Assembly: GCA_003597945.1 (NCBI GenBank) | Contig: QZJS01000003.1 | Span: forward strand, 4,039 to 68,038 | DNA: 64,000 nucleotides | DNA from: Desulfobacteraceae bacterium | GTDB taxonomy: Bacteria > Desulfobacterota > Desulfobacteria > Desulfobacterales > Desulfosalsimonadaceae | Direction: 5' to 3' | Notes under the pieces: model-generated | The model's input: only the letters and a program-made list of their open reading frames with translations | The model's database searches: none | What the model was told of the DNA's origin: nothing | Shown: positions 1 through 10,509 of the stretch, piece by piece | Layout: the number at the start of each line of letters is the position of its first letter | Numbering within the stretch: position 1 is the first letter of the stretch | Position numbers and translations under genes: made by a program

Positions 1-313
1 TTAAGGATTCCGCCAGTTTCTGAATCAGCTCGGATGCGGAAAGCTGCGTGGATGAAACATCTTTGCCGAGTAAAAGGGAGAATATACGGCCCATGACCCG
101 GTTATCCGCCAGCAGATCCCGGGTTTCGGGGTCCGGGATTTCACTGAATTCATCAATCAGACGCGCCAGCAACTCCTTTTGCTCATTTTCGGAAAGCGTG
201 CCGAGCCTTGATTCAAGAAACCGCTCAATGCGCGGTTCCGCTTTCTGCGCGTCGGAAATATATATATTCCAGATTTCGCCTGCCATCTGGTCAATGAGAA
301 CCGGTTCTCCCAT
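1..313 (-). CDS. hypothetical protein, partial (3' end runs off window edge)
   Basis: Minus-strand frame is open from ATG at 313-311 to position 2 with no stop (MGEPVLIDQMAGEIWNIYISDAQKAEPRIERF...). It is absent from the supplied track because it has no stop. It starts 5 nt after the stop of ORF 319-1986, so it is probably co-transcribed. Confidence 0.4.
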   Translation of the reverse strand, partial: MGEPVLIDQMAGEIWNIYISDAQKAEPRIERFLESRLGTLSENEQKELLARLIDEFSEIPDPETRDLLADNRVMGRIFSLLLGKDVSSTQLSASELIQKLAESL

Positions 314-318
314 AAAAA

Positions 319-1986
319 TTATGTCCCATCCTTTTTATCAGATTTTTCAGGCCCCGATAGTTGTTTGCGCGTTATGATGACTGTTTTTTCAAGAGATTCA
401 CCCGGAGCGCTCACAGCGTCGAAATGGGCCGCACCCTTCGGGTCATCAGCGGGAATGTCTGGCCGGCGGAATTGGTTTTTTAAACCGGCGGCATTTTTGA
501 GTCGCGGCGAAATGATCACTGTTTTTTCCAGATCATCATCAGTACGCGTGCCCGGCGACGGGGCGCGCCTGTTGTCGCCGGCTTTGTCCGGTTTCGGCTT
601 CAGGATCACGGTTTCCTTGTCTGTTCCACCGGATTCCGGAACCTGCTCAAAAACAGGGATGGAACCCTTATTTAGGGCATTTGCTGTAATGATAACCGTT
701 TTTTCCATTCGGGAATCGTTTGTCCAGGGGTCCGTATTTTTTTCATCGGCGATCTGAGCTTTTCTGGCGATAATTACCGTTTTTTCCGGCTCCTGAGGCA
801 ATGCCCCGGGTTTGGGTTTCCCGGCAATCTCTTTTTGTCGTGAAATAATCACGGTCCGCTGCAGGTCCCCTGCCCCTGCCCCGGTCGGCGCAGCGCCGGT
901 TTCAACGGCATCGGCGGCAACGCGATCTTTCGGGGGAAAAATCACCGTGTCCGGATCATCTTCACCCGGACCATGCAAACGCCGTGTTTGCCACTTTTCC
1001 AGAATGATCCGGAGAATCCGGCGGATCTCTTTTTTTACCGCATATACATCCGGGGCCTGTTCTGTGCCGGCATCGGGTGCGGCATCTTTTTTTGCAGAAT
1101 TTTCTCCACCTGCCAACGATTTTTCGGAGCCCGGCATTTCTGATAAAAATGCCGTCAAATCCGTTGAAAAATCGCCGGATGCTTTAAAAACAATCATATA
1201 AAACGGGAAAAAAGAGAAAACGGAAAGTCGCGAGAACGCCTTATTCTCCGGGCCGAAACAGGATGCATGCTGATCACATGCAGGACACGGCAACGGATAT
1301 GCCGGATCACCCTGTTTTACCGGCATGCCGAATCCGTAAATCAGGTCATCACCGCTTTTTACGTTTGCCGGCGCGTCAACGGTTGTTTTCCGCGCATAAA
1401 AAACAGCCGGTTTCCCGCCGGCGTCCGCACCGCACGGGCAATATAAATATCTTTGGAGGGTGACGGAAAAGGACGGCAAGCCGCTTTTTATCAACAGATC
1501 ATCATCCCGGCACTGTTTCAGCGGATCACCACAGACCGGACACAAGGGGTGAAAATAGACTTTTTTAAACCGGCAATACCATAACGGCAGAAACGGAATC
1601 AGTTTCCCGTTTTCATCGATTTGCTCGGGAATAACCACCGGTGGTTGCGCCAGACGGTTTTGGGAATAAAAGGAAAACGCCGTCTGCCAGTTATTTTCAA
1701 TATCGATATTATTTAACTGCTCTTTTACATCGGAAAAAATATAATGATCCTTCTGGATGAGCATAAAAACCGATTCAATGATCCCGGCATCCTGCGCATG
1801 AATCTTTGTATGAAGAATTTTTGAAAAGGGACTTGATTCGAATACAACCTGAAGAAATGGATGAGACTCTAAAGCTTCCTTACCAGTCCATAGATCCGTT
1901 AAATGCAGGAAAAATCCGCGTTCAACCGGATTTAAATAAGGGATCAGAGAAATTGGACTCTTATTATTGCTAAGCGCCAGGTTCAT
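319..1986 (-). CDS. hypothetical Cys-rich protein with seven C-terminal [E/Q][K/R]TVII repeats
   Basis: 555-aa ORF. The N-terminal half carries CPVCGDPLKQC, YCPCG and PCPACDQHASC clusters (zinc-ribbon-like). The C-terminal half repeats LEKTVIIT, LEKTVIIS, KETVILK, MEKTVIIT, PEKTVIIA, LQRTVIIS and PDTVIFP roughly every 30-45 aa. I recognise no family. Confidence 0.6.
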   Translation of the reverse strand: MNLALSNNKSPISLIPYLNPVERGFFLHLTDLWTGKEALESHPFLQVVFESSPFSKILHTKIHAQDAGIIESVFMLIQKDHYIFSDVKEQLNNIDIENNWQTAFSFYSQNRLAQPPVVIPEQIDENGKLIPFLPLWYCRFKKVYFHPLCPVCGDPLKQCRDDDLLIKSGLPSFSVTLQRYLYCPCGADAGGKPAVFYARKTTVDAPANVKSGDDLIYGFGMPVKQGDPAYPLPCPACDQHASCFGPENKAFSRLSVFSFFPFYMIVFKASGDFSTDLTAFLSEMPGSEKSLAGGENSAKKDAAPDAGTEQAPDVYAVKKEIRRILRIILEKWQTRRLHGPGEDDPDTVIFPPKDRVAADAVETGAAPTGAGAGDLQRTVIISRQKEIAGKPKPGALPQEPEKTVIIARKAQIADEKNTDPWTNDSRMEKTVIITANALNKGSIPVFEQVPESGGTDKETVILKPKPDKAGDNRRAPSPGTRTDDDLEKTVIISPRLKNAAGLKNQFRRPDIPADDPKGAAHFDAVSAPGESLEKTVIITRKQLSGPEKSDKKDGT

Positions 1987-2209
1987 AGATTATGAAAAAT
2001 TCTTTGCAAATTTTTATGAATCAAGCATCCAGGGCATAACAAAAAGCAACTGCTGTAAATTAACAACCAAACCGCTGCGGAAAAATCGTAGGAAAAAGGA
2101 TAAGAATAAAAATTTTTTTTACAACCTGATGTATCTCAAAAATCATTTTGCATGTCAATCTGAAAGAACCACCAGATATGACAGAAAGCTGCGTGCGGCA
2201 TGACAACAT

Positions 2210-2242
2210 AAAAGGGGACAGATAGCGCGTCTGTCCCCTTTT
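2210..2242 (-). terminator. rho-independent terminator downstream of leuD (hairpin flanked by A/T runs on both sides)
   Basis: AAAAGGGGACAGA-tagcgcg-TCTGTCCCCTTTT lies about 45 nt past the leuD stop. The T-run is present when read on either strand. Confidence 0.6.
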
Positions 2243-2284
2243 ATAATTGTATTCACACGATTCCGGGAAAAGCCGGCCGTCTTG

Positions 2285-2809
2285 CTAATAATGCAAATCC
2301 GCGTACTCCACCCATCCGCCGGCATCCACCAGCGAGCGATCAAATCCTGAAACGGAAAACGATATTTCCGTTTCCTTTCCGTCGGCCGTGATGATGAACC
2401 GGCTGTTTTCAAGATCGGTTTGGATACGGGCGGGTCGGGCGGAAAAATCCGCAAATATCTTTTCAATGGTCGGCCCGGGAAGTTCAATTGCCATCATGCC
2501 GCAATTAAACATATTCTGGCGAAAGATCCGCGCAAAACTCTCGGCGATGACCAGGTTGATGCCGTTGACTTCCAATGCCCAGGGCGCGTGCTCCCGCGAA
2601 GAGCCGCACCCGAAGTTGGACCGGGTGATAACGACCTGCTTATCGGCGATATCGCGTTTCGGGTCAAAACCGGCCAGGTCGAGATCCGCCAGCAGATGGG
2701 GGGCCAAAGCTTCCCTGGTGATTTCCGTCAAATACCGGGCCGGGATGATTTCGTCCGTGTTGATATCCGACCGATCAAGAAATAATACATTGCCATCGAA
2801 ATTTTTCAT
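2285..2809 (-). CDS. leuD: 3-isopropylmalate dehydratase small subunit (LeuD/HacB type)
   Basis: 174 aa with the GCGSSREHAPWAL aconitase swivel-domain motif. It lies directly downstream of the large subunit. Confidence 0.85.
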   Translation of the reverse strand: MKNFDGNVLFLDRSDINTDEIIPARYLTEITREALAPHLLADLDLAGFDPKRDIADKQVVITRSNFGCGSSREHAPWALEVNGINLVIAESFARIFRQNMFNCGMMAIELPGPTIEKIFADFSARPARIQTDLENSRFIITADGKETEISFSVSGFDRSLVDAGGWVEYADLHY

Positions 2810-2863
2810 CGTTGCCTGTCCTGTTCTCCCTTTGAAAAGAAATCTGAGGTTTTGAAACAGCTT

Positions 2864-4141
2864 CTAGTTTCTGGCCTGGGTGATATAGCCGGCAAGGGCC
2901 GTGGCCGCGGCCGTGGCCGGACTCATGAGATGCACCATGCCGCCCTTGCCCATGCGACCGTTGAAATTGCGGTTGGTGGTGGCGGCGCAGACTTCTCCCT
3001 CGGCCAGGACCCCGTTGCTCATGCCCAGACAGGCCCCGCAGGTGGGATTGGTAACGCAAAATCCCGCATCCATGAAAATCGCAATGATCCCCTCATCAAT
3101 GGCTCTTCGAAAAACATCCGGCGTGGCGGGGGATACAATCCCTCTTACGTTGTCACTGATCCGACGGCCTTTGAGAACCATGGCCGCGGCCCGCAGGTCT
3201 TCCAGGCGGCCGTTGGTGCAGGAACCGATATAAACCTGATCCACCGGGGTCCCTTCCATCTCCCGCACCGGTTTGACCTGGTCCGGCTTGTAACCGAAAG
3301 TGACCATGGGTTCAAGATCGCTGACATCAATGGTGATCCTGTCGTCATAGACCGCGTCCGAATCCGGAAGAAATTTTCCGTAGGCTTCGGCGGCGTCGGC
3401 TTCGGAGTTGAATTCATCTTTGATAAACCGCCAGAGATACCGGACCGTGGTCATATCCGGATAACAGATGCCGCAGGTGGCCCCGGCTTCAACCGCCATA
3501 TTGCAGAGGGTCTGGCGGGAAGCCATGCTCATGCTCTTGACCACCGGCCCGGCAAACTCGATGACCTTGTTGGTGGCGCCGGAAACCCCGAGCCTGCCGA
3601 TGATGGATAAAATCACATCCTTGGCAAAAACCCCGGGGCCGGTCTGGCCGGTCACATCAATCCGGATCGTCCGCGGATAATGGAAGGCGCAAACGCCCTT
3701 TAAAATCCCCACCTCCAGGTCGGTGGTCCCCACGCCGGCGGCAAAGGCTCCGAAGGCCCCATGGGTGCAGGTATGGGAATCTCCCATGATAATGGTATAT
3801 CCCGGCCGTGCAAACCCTTTTTCCGGAAAAAGGGCATGACACACGCCGTTTTGACCGATATCGAAAAAATCCTTAATTTCGTGCCGCTTTGCCCAGTCCC
3901 GCAGGATTTTTCCCTGGGTGGCGGTTTTGGAATCCTTGGCCGGGGTGACGTGATCGATCACCGCCTTGATTTTTGCCGGATCAAATACCCGGTCTTTGCC
4001 CCGCGCCATCAGGTCGGTGATGGCCAGCGGCGTGGTGATTTCATGACAGAATACGGCATCCAGCCGGATCACGCAGATATCGCCGTCGGGCCGGTCCACC
4101 AGGTGGGCGTCGAAAATTTTTTCAGCAACTGTTTTTCCCAT
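2864..4141 (-). CDS. leuC: 3-isopropylmalate dehydratase large subunit (archaeal-type LeuC/HacA aconitase family)
   Basis: 425 aa with GDSHTCTHGAFGAFA and IGSCTNGR Fe-S ligand motifs. Substrate (isopropylmalate, homoaconitate or citramalate) cannot be decided from sequence. Confidence 0.9.
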   Translation of the reverse strand: MGKTVAEKIFDAHLVDRPDGDICVIRLDAVFCHEITTPLAITDLMARGKDRVFDPAKIKAVIDHVTPAKDSKTATQGKILRDWAKRHEIKDFFDIGQNGVCHALFPEKGFARPGYTIIMGDSHTCTHGAFGAFAAGVGTTDLEVGILKGVCAFHYPRTIRIDVTGQTGPGVFAKDVILSIIGRLGVSGATNKVIEFAGPVVKSMSMASRQTLCNMAVEAGATCGICYPDMTTVRYLWRFIKDEFNSEADAAEAYGKFLPDSDAVYDDRITIDVSDLEPMVTFGYKPDQVKPVREMEGTPVDQVYIGSCTNGRLEDLRAAAMVLKGRRISDNVRGIVSPATPDVFRRAIDEGIIAIFMDAGFCVTNPTCGACLGMSNGVLAEGEVCAATTNRNFNGRMGKGGMVHLMSPATAAATALAGYITQARN

Positions 4142-4200
4142 TGTATACCCTCTATTCAGTTGTAGCGACTTCGTAAAAAGCTATATATACCGCATTATTT

Positions 4201-4854
4201 TTAAATAATGGTCACATGCGGTTTTCCGCAGGCCTGCATCAGGTAATCGGATAACAGCCATCCGAGAATGGCCAGGCATTCCATGTCCAGAAACTGTTCG
4301 GCCCGCCGCTCGAAAAGGATACGGCACTGGGCCGGAAACTCTTCATCGGCGTCATTAAACAGCAGATATATGGGCACACGGGGCAGCGAGCAGATGATCA
4401 TTGCCAGATCATATGCCAGCCCGTCGCCGGGATCACGGCCGCCAAGATGCCGGCATGCCCGAGAAAGCGCTTCAACACGACCGGAAAAATTACGGGCGAT
4501 CGCATCCTCTGTGTTAACGGAAAAAGCGCCGGCAAACGGGGCCGCGTCTAAAAAATCCTTGTAAGACACCCATTCCGCGCCGTCATGGACCAAATGCGAA
4601 GGGCACATGATCAGATAACGGCACAGGACCACGCTGACTGAAAAAATCGGCTGCCGACCGTCTTGATCATAGACGCCGTCGGATGCCAGACGATATTGAC
4701 GATTGAAAAAAGGGATGTTGATGCCGTTGTCGGTAAGGCGGACGCCGAGAATCGACTCGGCGTCCCGAAGATCGGAAGGCGCCATCCGGGCAACCTGGTC
4801 AAGATAGTCCCGGAAGGTTTTTTCAAATACCGGGGCAGCAGCGGTTTCACCCAC
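4201..4854 (-). CDS. DUF3786-like protein
   Basis: 217 aa. The C-terminal LPRVPIYLLFNDADEEFPAQCRILFERRAEQFLDMECLAILG resembles the DUF3786 pattern as I remember it. The assignment rests on recall only. Confidence 0.5.
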   Translation of the reverse strand: MGETAAAPVFEKTFRDYLDQVARMAPSDLRDAESILGVRLTDNGINIPFFNRQYRLASDGVYDQDGRQPIFSVSVVLCRYLIMCPSHLVHDGAEWVSYKDFLDAAPFAGAFSVNTEDAIARNFSGRVEALSRACRHLGGRDPGDGLAYDLAMIICSLPRVPIYLLFNDADEEFPAQCRILFERRAEQFLDMECLAILGWLLSDYLMQACGKPHVTII

Positions 4855-4857
4855 GGA

Positions 4858-5193
4858 TTATTTCTCCCACCCGCCGATCAGGTGCAGATGCAGGTGGAAA
4901 ACCTCCTGGCCTCCGCCCTTTTCCACGTTGAAAAACAGCCGGTACCCGGATTGATTCACCCCCATGCGCAACGCCATTTCCCGCGCGGTCATGATCATCT
5001 CCGCGATCAGAGGTTTGTCGGCTTCATCCAGATCATTGATGCTTCGAATATGCCGCCGGGGCACAATCAGCAGATGCACCGGCGCCATGGGCTTGATGTC
5101 CTTAAACACCACCAGCCGGTCCGTCTGCGCGACAAAATCAGCCGGAATATCGCCGTTGGCGATCTTGCAGAAAATGCAGTTTTCCTCAGTCAT
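4858..5193 (-). CDS. HIT-family (histidine triad) nucleotide hydrolase
   Basis: 111 aa with the C-terminal HLHLHLIGG histidine-triad motif. Confidence 0.9.
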   Translation of the reverse strand: MTEENCIFCKIANGDIPADFVAQTDRLVVFKDIKPMAPVHLLIVPRRHIRSINDLDEADKPLIAEMIMTAREMALRMGVNQSGYRLFFNVEKGGGQEVFHLHLHLIGGWEK

Positions 5194-5239
5194 GTGCCCG
5201 CCCCGCCTCTTTTAAATAAAAGAATAAGTCCGTCTCCAT

Positions 5240-5686
5240 TTATGCCGTTACCACCAGCACCGAGGTGTGGTCCAGGGCACGGACCAGCTTGATGCTAATA
5301 TCTCCCCGAACGAATTCCTCTGATTTGGACATTTTCTTCCGGCCGATGACCACCATGTCGTATCGGCCTTTTTTAAAGCAATCGATAATCCCTTCCGTAA
5401 CCGAAGGATAAGGATCTGTCAACAACTGGATATCGATGCGATCCGGATCAAAACCGCCCTCCTCCACCAGGCGATCCTTTGCTTTCTCCAGTTCCGCCTT
5501 GAATCGAATGGGTTGTTCGGCCATGAATTTTTTACCCATGAGTTCCTCCCCCGATGTGGGCTGTCGGAAAACATGGATGAGGGTAAAGGACGCATCTTCC
5601 GGGCAGATGGACAATTTTGCAAGAAAATCAATAAGCGCCCGGGAAGTTGTTGATTCATTTATCGGCACCAGAATACGGTTGGCCAC
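5240..5686 (-). CDS. universal stress protein (UspA family)
   Basis: 148 aa with USP-like layout: N-terminal ILVPINES, then DMVVIGRKKMS...VRALDHTSVLVV at the C-terminus. Confidence 0.8.
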   Translation of the reverse strand: MANRILVPINESTTSRALIDFLAKLSICPEDASFTLIHVFRQPTSGEELMGKKFMAEQPIRFKAELEKAKDRLVEEGGFDPDRIDIQLLTDPYPSVTEGIIDCFKKGRYDMVVIGRKKMSKSEEFVRGDISIKLVRALDHTSVLVVTA

Positions 5687-5704
5687 AGTGCTACCCCCTT
5701 GCTT

Positions 5705-6601
5705 TCAATGAATGGTCACCTGGTGTAAATCATCGATGATTTCATCGATATGTTCATAGGTCAGTTCCGCGCCCCTGGTGAAATGAAGCAGGGTATTGTT
5801 GAGTATTTCCGGGATATAGGGGAAAAATTTTTTTAAATTCATAAAACGAGACTTGTACATGACGGAAAAATCATCGGCGCTGAGCCGATGCTTCAGGTTG
5901 CCGTAGCGCTCTTCATCTTGAAGAATCATGTTGAGCTCGAGAAACCCTTTGCCCGCCGTATAGAGCAGAATGTTTCCCAGACCGAAAAGATCAAGGCTGA
6001 AAGGGTTTTCCGGCGTGACGAAATCATAATCAAAGTCGATCCAGACATAATTGCCGGTCTCCCCTTGGATGATGAGATGATCATTCCGCACGTCGCCGTG
6101 CCGGATGCCCTGATCGTGCAGCAGTTTAAGGGCTTCAAAGGAGGTGATCAGCCGGCTCAGTATCCCCGGAAATAGCGTATAAAAATAGGTTTGATGATCC
6201 ATGAGCAGGTTGTCAAGATAGACATGAAGATTGGTCCCCCGGACGATATCGAGAACCCGGAGGTTGTTGTTTTTGCTGTCCCGCAGGGTCACGCCCTGCA
6301 TGAAAAATGGATTGCCCCGTGTCAGTTCCAGCGCCCGGCTTTCCTTATCGGGGTCCCGGAAACAAAGAATTCGGATACCGCCGAGGATGGTCTCAAATTT
6401 TTCAAAAAACGCCAGTTTGATGATTTTCCGTTCGTTGGTGGATGTTTCAATCACCCGCTTGACCCAGAATTTCGGATCCTCGGAGCCGAAACGACGCTCA
6501 TGTTCATAGCCGGTCACCCGAAACACCCGGTTGCCGACATGGATTTCATCGCCGGCGTCGATATCGAAAAACTCGCTGGTATCCAGAAACGGCCGCCGCA
6601 T
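5705..6601 (-). CDS. protein-kinase-like fold protein
   Basis: 298 aa. LHDQGIRHGDVRNDHLII resembles a kinase catalytic loop (HxDxxxxN) and is followed by WIDFDY (DFG-like). Confidence 0.5.
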   Translation of the reverse strand: MRRPFLDTSEFFDIDAGDEIHVGNRVFRVTGYEHERRFGSEDPKFWVKRVIETSTNERKIIKLAFFEKFETILGGIRILCFRDPDKESRALELTRGNPFFMQGVTLRDSKNNNLRVLDIVRGTNLHVYLDNLLMDHQTYFYTLFPGILSRLITSFEALKLLHDQGIRHGDVRNDHLIIQGETGNYVWIDFDYDFVTPENPFSLDLFGLGNILLYTAGKGFLELNMILQDEERYGNLKHRLSADDFSVMYKSRFMNLKKFFPYIPEILNNTLLHFTRGAELTYEHIDEIIDDLHQVTIH

Positions 6602-6606
6602 GGCGA

Positions 6607-7170
6607 TTACCCTTTCAACATTCTCGGCGGCAGTCCTTCGATAACCATCCGGATCTGGTCTACAAAATTTTTCAGACCGTTGTTTTCAATGGCCAGGCCC
6701 AATTGATTGGCCAGCACACAAAGCGATTCGATATCCTCCTTGTGAAGCACCAGGGGTTCATGATGATAAATACGTATTTCGCCGATGACGTTTTTCCGAT
6801 ATTTAATGGGAATGGCCATCATGGAGACGATCCCTTCCTTTTCCGCGGCTTCGGGATACTGAATCCGCTGGTCGGTTTTCATGTCGGCAACGATTTCCAC
6901 CTTTCCGGTAGTCAATGATCGGTATTTATGATCCGCAAAGACCGGTCCCTTGTTGTGGTATTCATCGCTGATGCCGTAGCTGCTGACCCTGAACAGCTGT
7001 TTTTCGACCTCATCGAAAATCATGATACTGGCGCCCTTGACATTAAACGTCCGGCAGACTCCCTCCACCAGGTGATTGACCAGCAGGTTGAAATCCTCAT
7101 AGGTTGAAATGGCATTGCTGATCGCCTTAAACTGCCTGAGATAGAATTTTCGTTCAATGATATTGGCCAT
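6607..7170 (-). CDS. GAF-domain protein
   Basis: 187 aa, single domain of GAF-like length and pattern (SIMIFDEVEKQLFRVSSYG...SMMAIPIKYRKNVIGEIRIYH). Confidence 0.7.
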   Translation of the reverse strand: MANIIERKFYLRQFKAISNAISTYEDFNLLVNHLVEGVCRTFNVKGASIMIFDEVEKQLFRVSSYGISDEYHNKGPVFADHKYRSLTTGKVEIVADMKTDQRIQYPEAAEKEGIVSMMAIPIKYRKNVIGEIRIYHHEPLVLHKEDIESLCVLANQLGLAIENNGLKNFVDQIRMVIEGLPPRMLKG

Positions 7171-7252
7171 GCGTGCAAGCTCCCCCTCTTTTCATGGATC
7201 ATTAATACCTTGGCCTTAGGACCTTTTTTGGTGTTTATGCGACCATGCCGCC

Positions 7253-7939
7253 TCAGCCGATATCCCACCGGCCCCTGAGGGACGGCCGCTGCATGGATCT
7301 CTCCAGGATGCGCAGAAAAACAGACCGGGAAATTTCCCTGGCGCCAAGTGTTACCAGATGGGCGCTGGTGATCTGACAGTCAATAAAATCAAAATCGTTT
7401 TTCCGCAGATACGCGCACAATGCCGCCAAGGCGACCTTGGAGGCATTGGCGACCCGCGTGAACATGGATTCACCGAAAAAAACTCCGCCCAAAGAGACAC
7501 CGTAGAGACCCCCCGCCAGTTTGCCGTCCTGCCATGCCTCGATGGAATGGGCATAACCCGATGCAAACAGATCGCAATAGGCCCGGATCATATCCGAAAC
7601 GATCCAAGTGCCCGGATCATTGCGCCGCCGGGCAGCGGCACAGCAGGTAATCACCTGTTCAAAAGCATTATCGCTGGTGACCTCAAAACGATTCTGCCGG
7701 ATAATCCGGGCAAGCCGCCTGGAAATATTAAGTTCATCCGGATATAAAACAAGCCGGGGATCCGGGCACCACCAGAGAATCGGCTCGTTATGGGCAAACC
7801 AGGGAAAAATCCCCATCCGGTATGCCCTAAGTAACCGTTTCTCGCTCAAATCGCCGCCGATGGCCAGCAAGCCCACGGGATCGGCAAGGTGCGGCGGCGG
7901 GAAAGACGTTGTCTTGTCAGTGAGTTTGAAAATCGGCAT
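7253..7939 (-). CDS. aat: leucyl/phenylalanyl-tRNA--protein transferase
   Basis: 228 aa with YRMGIFPWF...PILWWCPDPR and GESMF motifs typical of Aat. It lies downstream of clpS-clpA, the classical N-end-rule cluster. Confidence 0.9.
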   Translation of the reverse strand: MPIFKLTDKTTSFPPPHLADPVGLLAIGGDLSEKRLLRAYRMGIFPWFAHNEPILWWCPDPRLVLYPDELNISRRLARIIRQNRFEVTSDNAFEQVITCCAAARRRNDPGTWIVSDMIRAYCDLFASGYAHSIEAWQDGKLAGGLYGVSLGGVFFGESMFTRVANASKVALAALCAYLRKNDFDFIDCQITSAHLVTLGAREISRSVFLRILERSMQRPSLRGRWDIG

Positions 7940-7948
7940 CTCGCTGCA

Positions 7949-10189
7949 TCAGGAATAGGCAAATACCAGCCGGTCTCCCACCACCTTTACCAGCACTTTA
8001 CCGCCCTTGACCAGCTTGCCGAAAAGGATCTCATCGGTAAGCACATCCTTGATTTCCTTCTGGATGAGCCGGTCCAGGGGCCGGGCGCCGAAATGAAGGT
8101 CAAAACCGTGTTTGGCCAGCCATTGGCGGGCCGCGGGCGACAGGGAAAGATCTATCTTTTTGACCGCCAGCAGCGGGGTGAGTTCATCGATGAACTTGTC
8201 CACAACGCGCTCCATGATATTCATATCCAGGGACCGGAAGTTGATAATGTCATCGAGTCGGTTGCGAAATTCCGGACTGAAAAATTCCTCAATGGCTTTT
8301 TTGCCCTTGCCGGCCGCGTTACCAATGCTGTCGCCGCCGAAACCGATGGCGTGACTGACCATTTCCCGGGCGCCGGCATTAGAGGTCATGATCAGAATCA
8401 CGTTTCTGAAATCCGCGGTTTTTCCGTTGTTGTCGGTCAGGGCCGCATGATCCATTACTTGCAGCAGGATGCTGTACATGTCGATATGGGCTTTTTCGAT
8501 TTCATCCAGCAGCAGCACACTGTAGGGCGATTTGCGGATCTGGTCGGTGAGCAGGCCGCCCTGCTCAAAACCGATATAACCGGGAGGAGCGCCGATGAGC
8601 CGGGCCACGGCATGTTTTTCCATGTATTCACTCATGTCGAACCGCAAAAACTGAACACCGAGTATCCGGGCGATCTGGCGCGCCACCTCGGTCTTGCCCA
8701 CGCCCGTAGGTCCGGTAAACAGAAATGATCCAATGGGCCGCTCCTGCGCTCCCAGGCCGGCCCGGGACCGCTTGATGGCCTTGACCAAAGAGGCGATGGC
8801 GTCATCCTGACCGAAAATTTTCTCCTTGAGCCGCTCTTCAAGATGCTCCAGGCTGGCTTTGTCCGACGTGGAAACGCTTCGGGTGGGAATCCGGGCGATC
8901 TTTGAAACCACTTTTTCGATATCGGACGGCTGCACCCGTTTCCGGCGGGACCCTCCGGAAAGGCGCAACAGCACGCCGGCCTCGTCCATCACATCAATGG
9001 CCTTGTCCGGCAGATACCGCTCGTTGATATGTTTGGCGGAAAGCTCGCACGCGGTTTTTAACGCCTGGTCCGTGTAAGTGATCTGGTGATGATCCTCATA
9101 ACATGCCTTGAGACCTTTGAGTATCCTGACGGTATCGTCGATGGAGGGCTCGCAGATATCAATCTTCTCAAATCGTCGGGCAAAAGCCCGATCTTTTTCA
9201 AAAAACCGCTTGAATTCCTCATACGTGGTGGAACCGATGCACCGCAGCTCGCCGGTGGCAAGAGCGGGTTTGAGAATGTTGGAGGCATCCATGGTTCCAC
9301 TGCTGGTGGCGCCGGCCCCGATAATGGTATGAATCTCATCGATGAACAAAATTGCTTTTTCCCGTTTCAAAAGTGCCGAAATCACGGCCTTGAGGCGCTG
9401 CTCAAAATCACCCCGGTATTTGGTGCCGGCCAGCAGCGCGCCCAGATCTAAAGAAAAGATCCGGGCGTCTTTTAAAAATTCGGGAACATCGCCCCGTGCG
9501 ATTTTTTGGGCAAGCCCTTCGGCCATGGCGGTCTTGCCCACGCCGGGCTCTCCGACAAAAACCGGGTTATTTTTACGCCGGCGGCACAGCACATGGATGG
9601 TGCGCTCCATTTCCCCAAACCGGCCGATAAGGGGGTCGAGCTTGCCGTTTACGGCCCGATCCACCAGGTCCAGGGTAAACGCCTCCAGGGGATCAAGGGG
9701 CCGCTTTTTATCCTTCCGGGTGGTCAATAAACCCGGATCAGGTCCGTCCTTGAATGTTTCACCGCGGGATCCGTGGGATATCACGTTGAGGACATCCAGC
9801 CGGGTGATCCCTTCGGCCGCCATGAAATAGGCGGCATGGGAATTTTTTTCTTCGAGCATGGACGCCAGGATATCGCCGATGTATACCGCGTCCTTTTCAA
9901 CGGATCTCACATGATTGACGGCCCGCTGGATCACCCGCTGAAACTGCATGGTCTGCTGCAAGACGTATTCTTTGTCCGCGGGTATCTTCTCCAGCTTTTC
10001 ATTGAAAAATTTTTCCAGCTCATTCTGGATGTTTTCCACGTTGCCGCCGCAGACCTCGATCAGTTCGATGCCGCCGCTGTCACGAAGGATGGCGTAAAGA
10101 ATATGCTCCACGCAGACGTATTCATGCCGCCGCCTGCGGGCCTCCTTCACCGCGAAACTCAATATGGCGCTCAGTCCTTTGCTGATCAT
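7949..10189 (-). CDS. clpA: ATP-dependent Clp protease ATP-binding subunit ClpA
   Basis: Two AAA+ modules (GEPGVGKT and GPTGVGKT Walker A) and a Clp N-domain. The track ORF runs to 10216. I prefer the ATG at 10189 (MISKGLS...), which has a GGAGAAAG RBS and avoids a 22-nt overlap with clpS. Confidence 0.95.
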   Translation of the reverse strand: MISKGLSAILSFAVKEARRRRHEYVCVEHILYAILRDSGGIELIEVCGGNVENIQNELEKFFNEKLEKIPADKEYVLQQTMQFQRVIQRAVNHVRSVEKDAVYIGDILASMLEEKNSHAAYFMAAEGITRLDVLNVISHGSRGETFKDGPDPGLLTTRKDKKRPLDPLEAFTLDLVDRAVNGKLDPLIGRFGEMERTIHVLCRRRKNNPVFVGEPGVGKTAMAEGLAQKIARGDVPEFLKDARIFSLDLGALLAGTKYRGDFEQRLKAVISALLKREKAILFIDEIHTIIGAGATSSGTMDASNILKPALATGELRCIGSTTYEEFKRFFEKDRAFARRFEKIDICEPSIDDTVRILKGLKACYEDHHQITYTDQALKTACELSAKHINERYLPDKAIDVMDEAGVLLRLSGGSRRKRVQPSDIEKVVSKIARIPTRSVSTSDKASLEHLEERLKEKIFGQDDAIASLVKAIKRSRAGLGAQERPIGSFLFTGPTGVGKTEVARQIARILGVQFLRFDMSEYMEKHAVARLIGAPPGYIGFEQGGLLTDQIRKSPYSVLLLDEIEKAHIDMYSILLQVMDHAALTDNNGKTADFRNVILIMTSNAGAREMVSHAIGFGGDSIGNAAGKGKKAIEEFFSPEFRNRLDDIINFRSLDMNIMERVVDKFIDELTPLLAVKKIDLSLSPAARQWLAKHGFDLHFGARPLDRLIQKEIKDVLTDEILFGKLVKGGKVLVKVVGDRLVFAYS

Positions 10190-10194
10190 CGTAT

Positions 10195-10509
10195 TTATTC
10201 TTTCTCCATTGAACATTTAAGGGGAAAACCGCGCTCCCGCGCCAGTCCATGAACCGTTTCAACCTTGGTTTCGGCCACCTCAAAGGAATAGACCCCGCAA
10301 ATGCCGATACCCGACTGGTGCACATGAAGCATGATACGGATGGCCTCTTCCATGGATTTGTTAAAGACGACCATCAAAAGTTCCACGACAAACTGCATGG
10401 TCGTATAGTCGTCGTTGTGGAGCAACACCCGGTACATGGGCGGCTCATCGATATCATCCAGGGTTTCGGAGTGGAGTTCCTCAACCGTTTCCGTATTAAA
10501 ATCATTCAT
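10195..10509 (-). CDS. clpS: ATP-dependent Clp protease adaptor ClpS
   Basis: 104 aa with the [27 protein letters not shown] core motif. Confidence 0.95.
   Translation of the reverse strand: MNDFNTETVEELHSETLDDIDEPPMYRVLLHNDDYTTMQFVVELLMVVFNKSMEEAIRIMLHVHQSGIGICGVYSFEVAETKVETVHGLARERGFPLKCSMEKE

Noticed and set aside
48-377. 109-aa + strand ORF at the window start
   Set aside because: It is antisense to the open minus-strand frame 1-313 and to the 3' end of ORF 319-1986, and gives a Ser/Arg-rich translation.
7889-10252. Several + strand ORFs (7889-8728, 9342-9830, 9773-10252 and others)
   Set aside because: All are antisense to clpA, whose AAA+ motifs are unambiguous. Their translations are compositionally odd and lack motifs.
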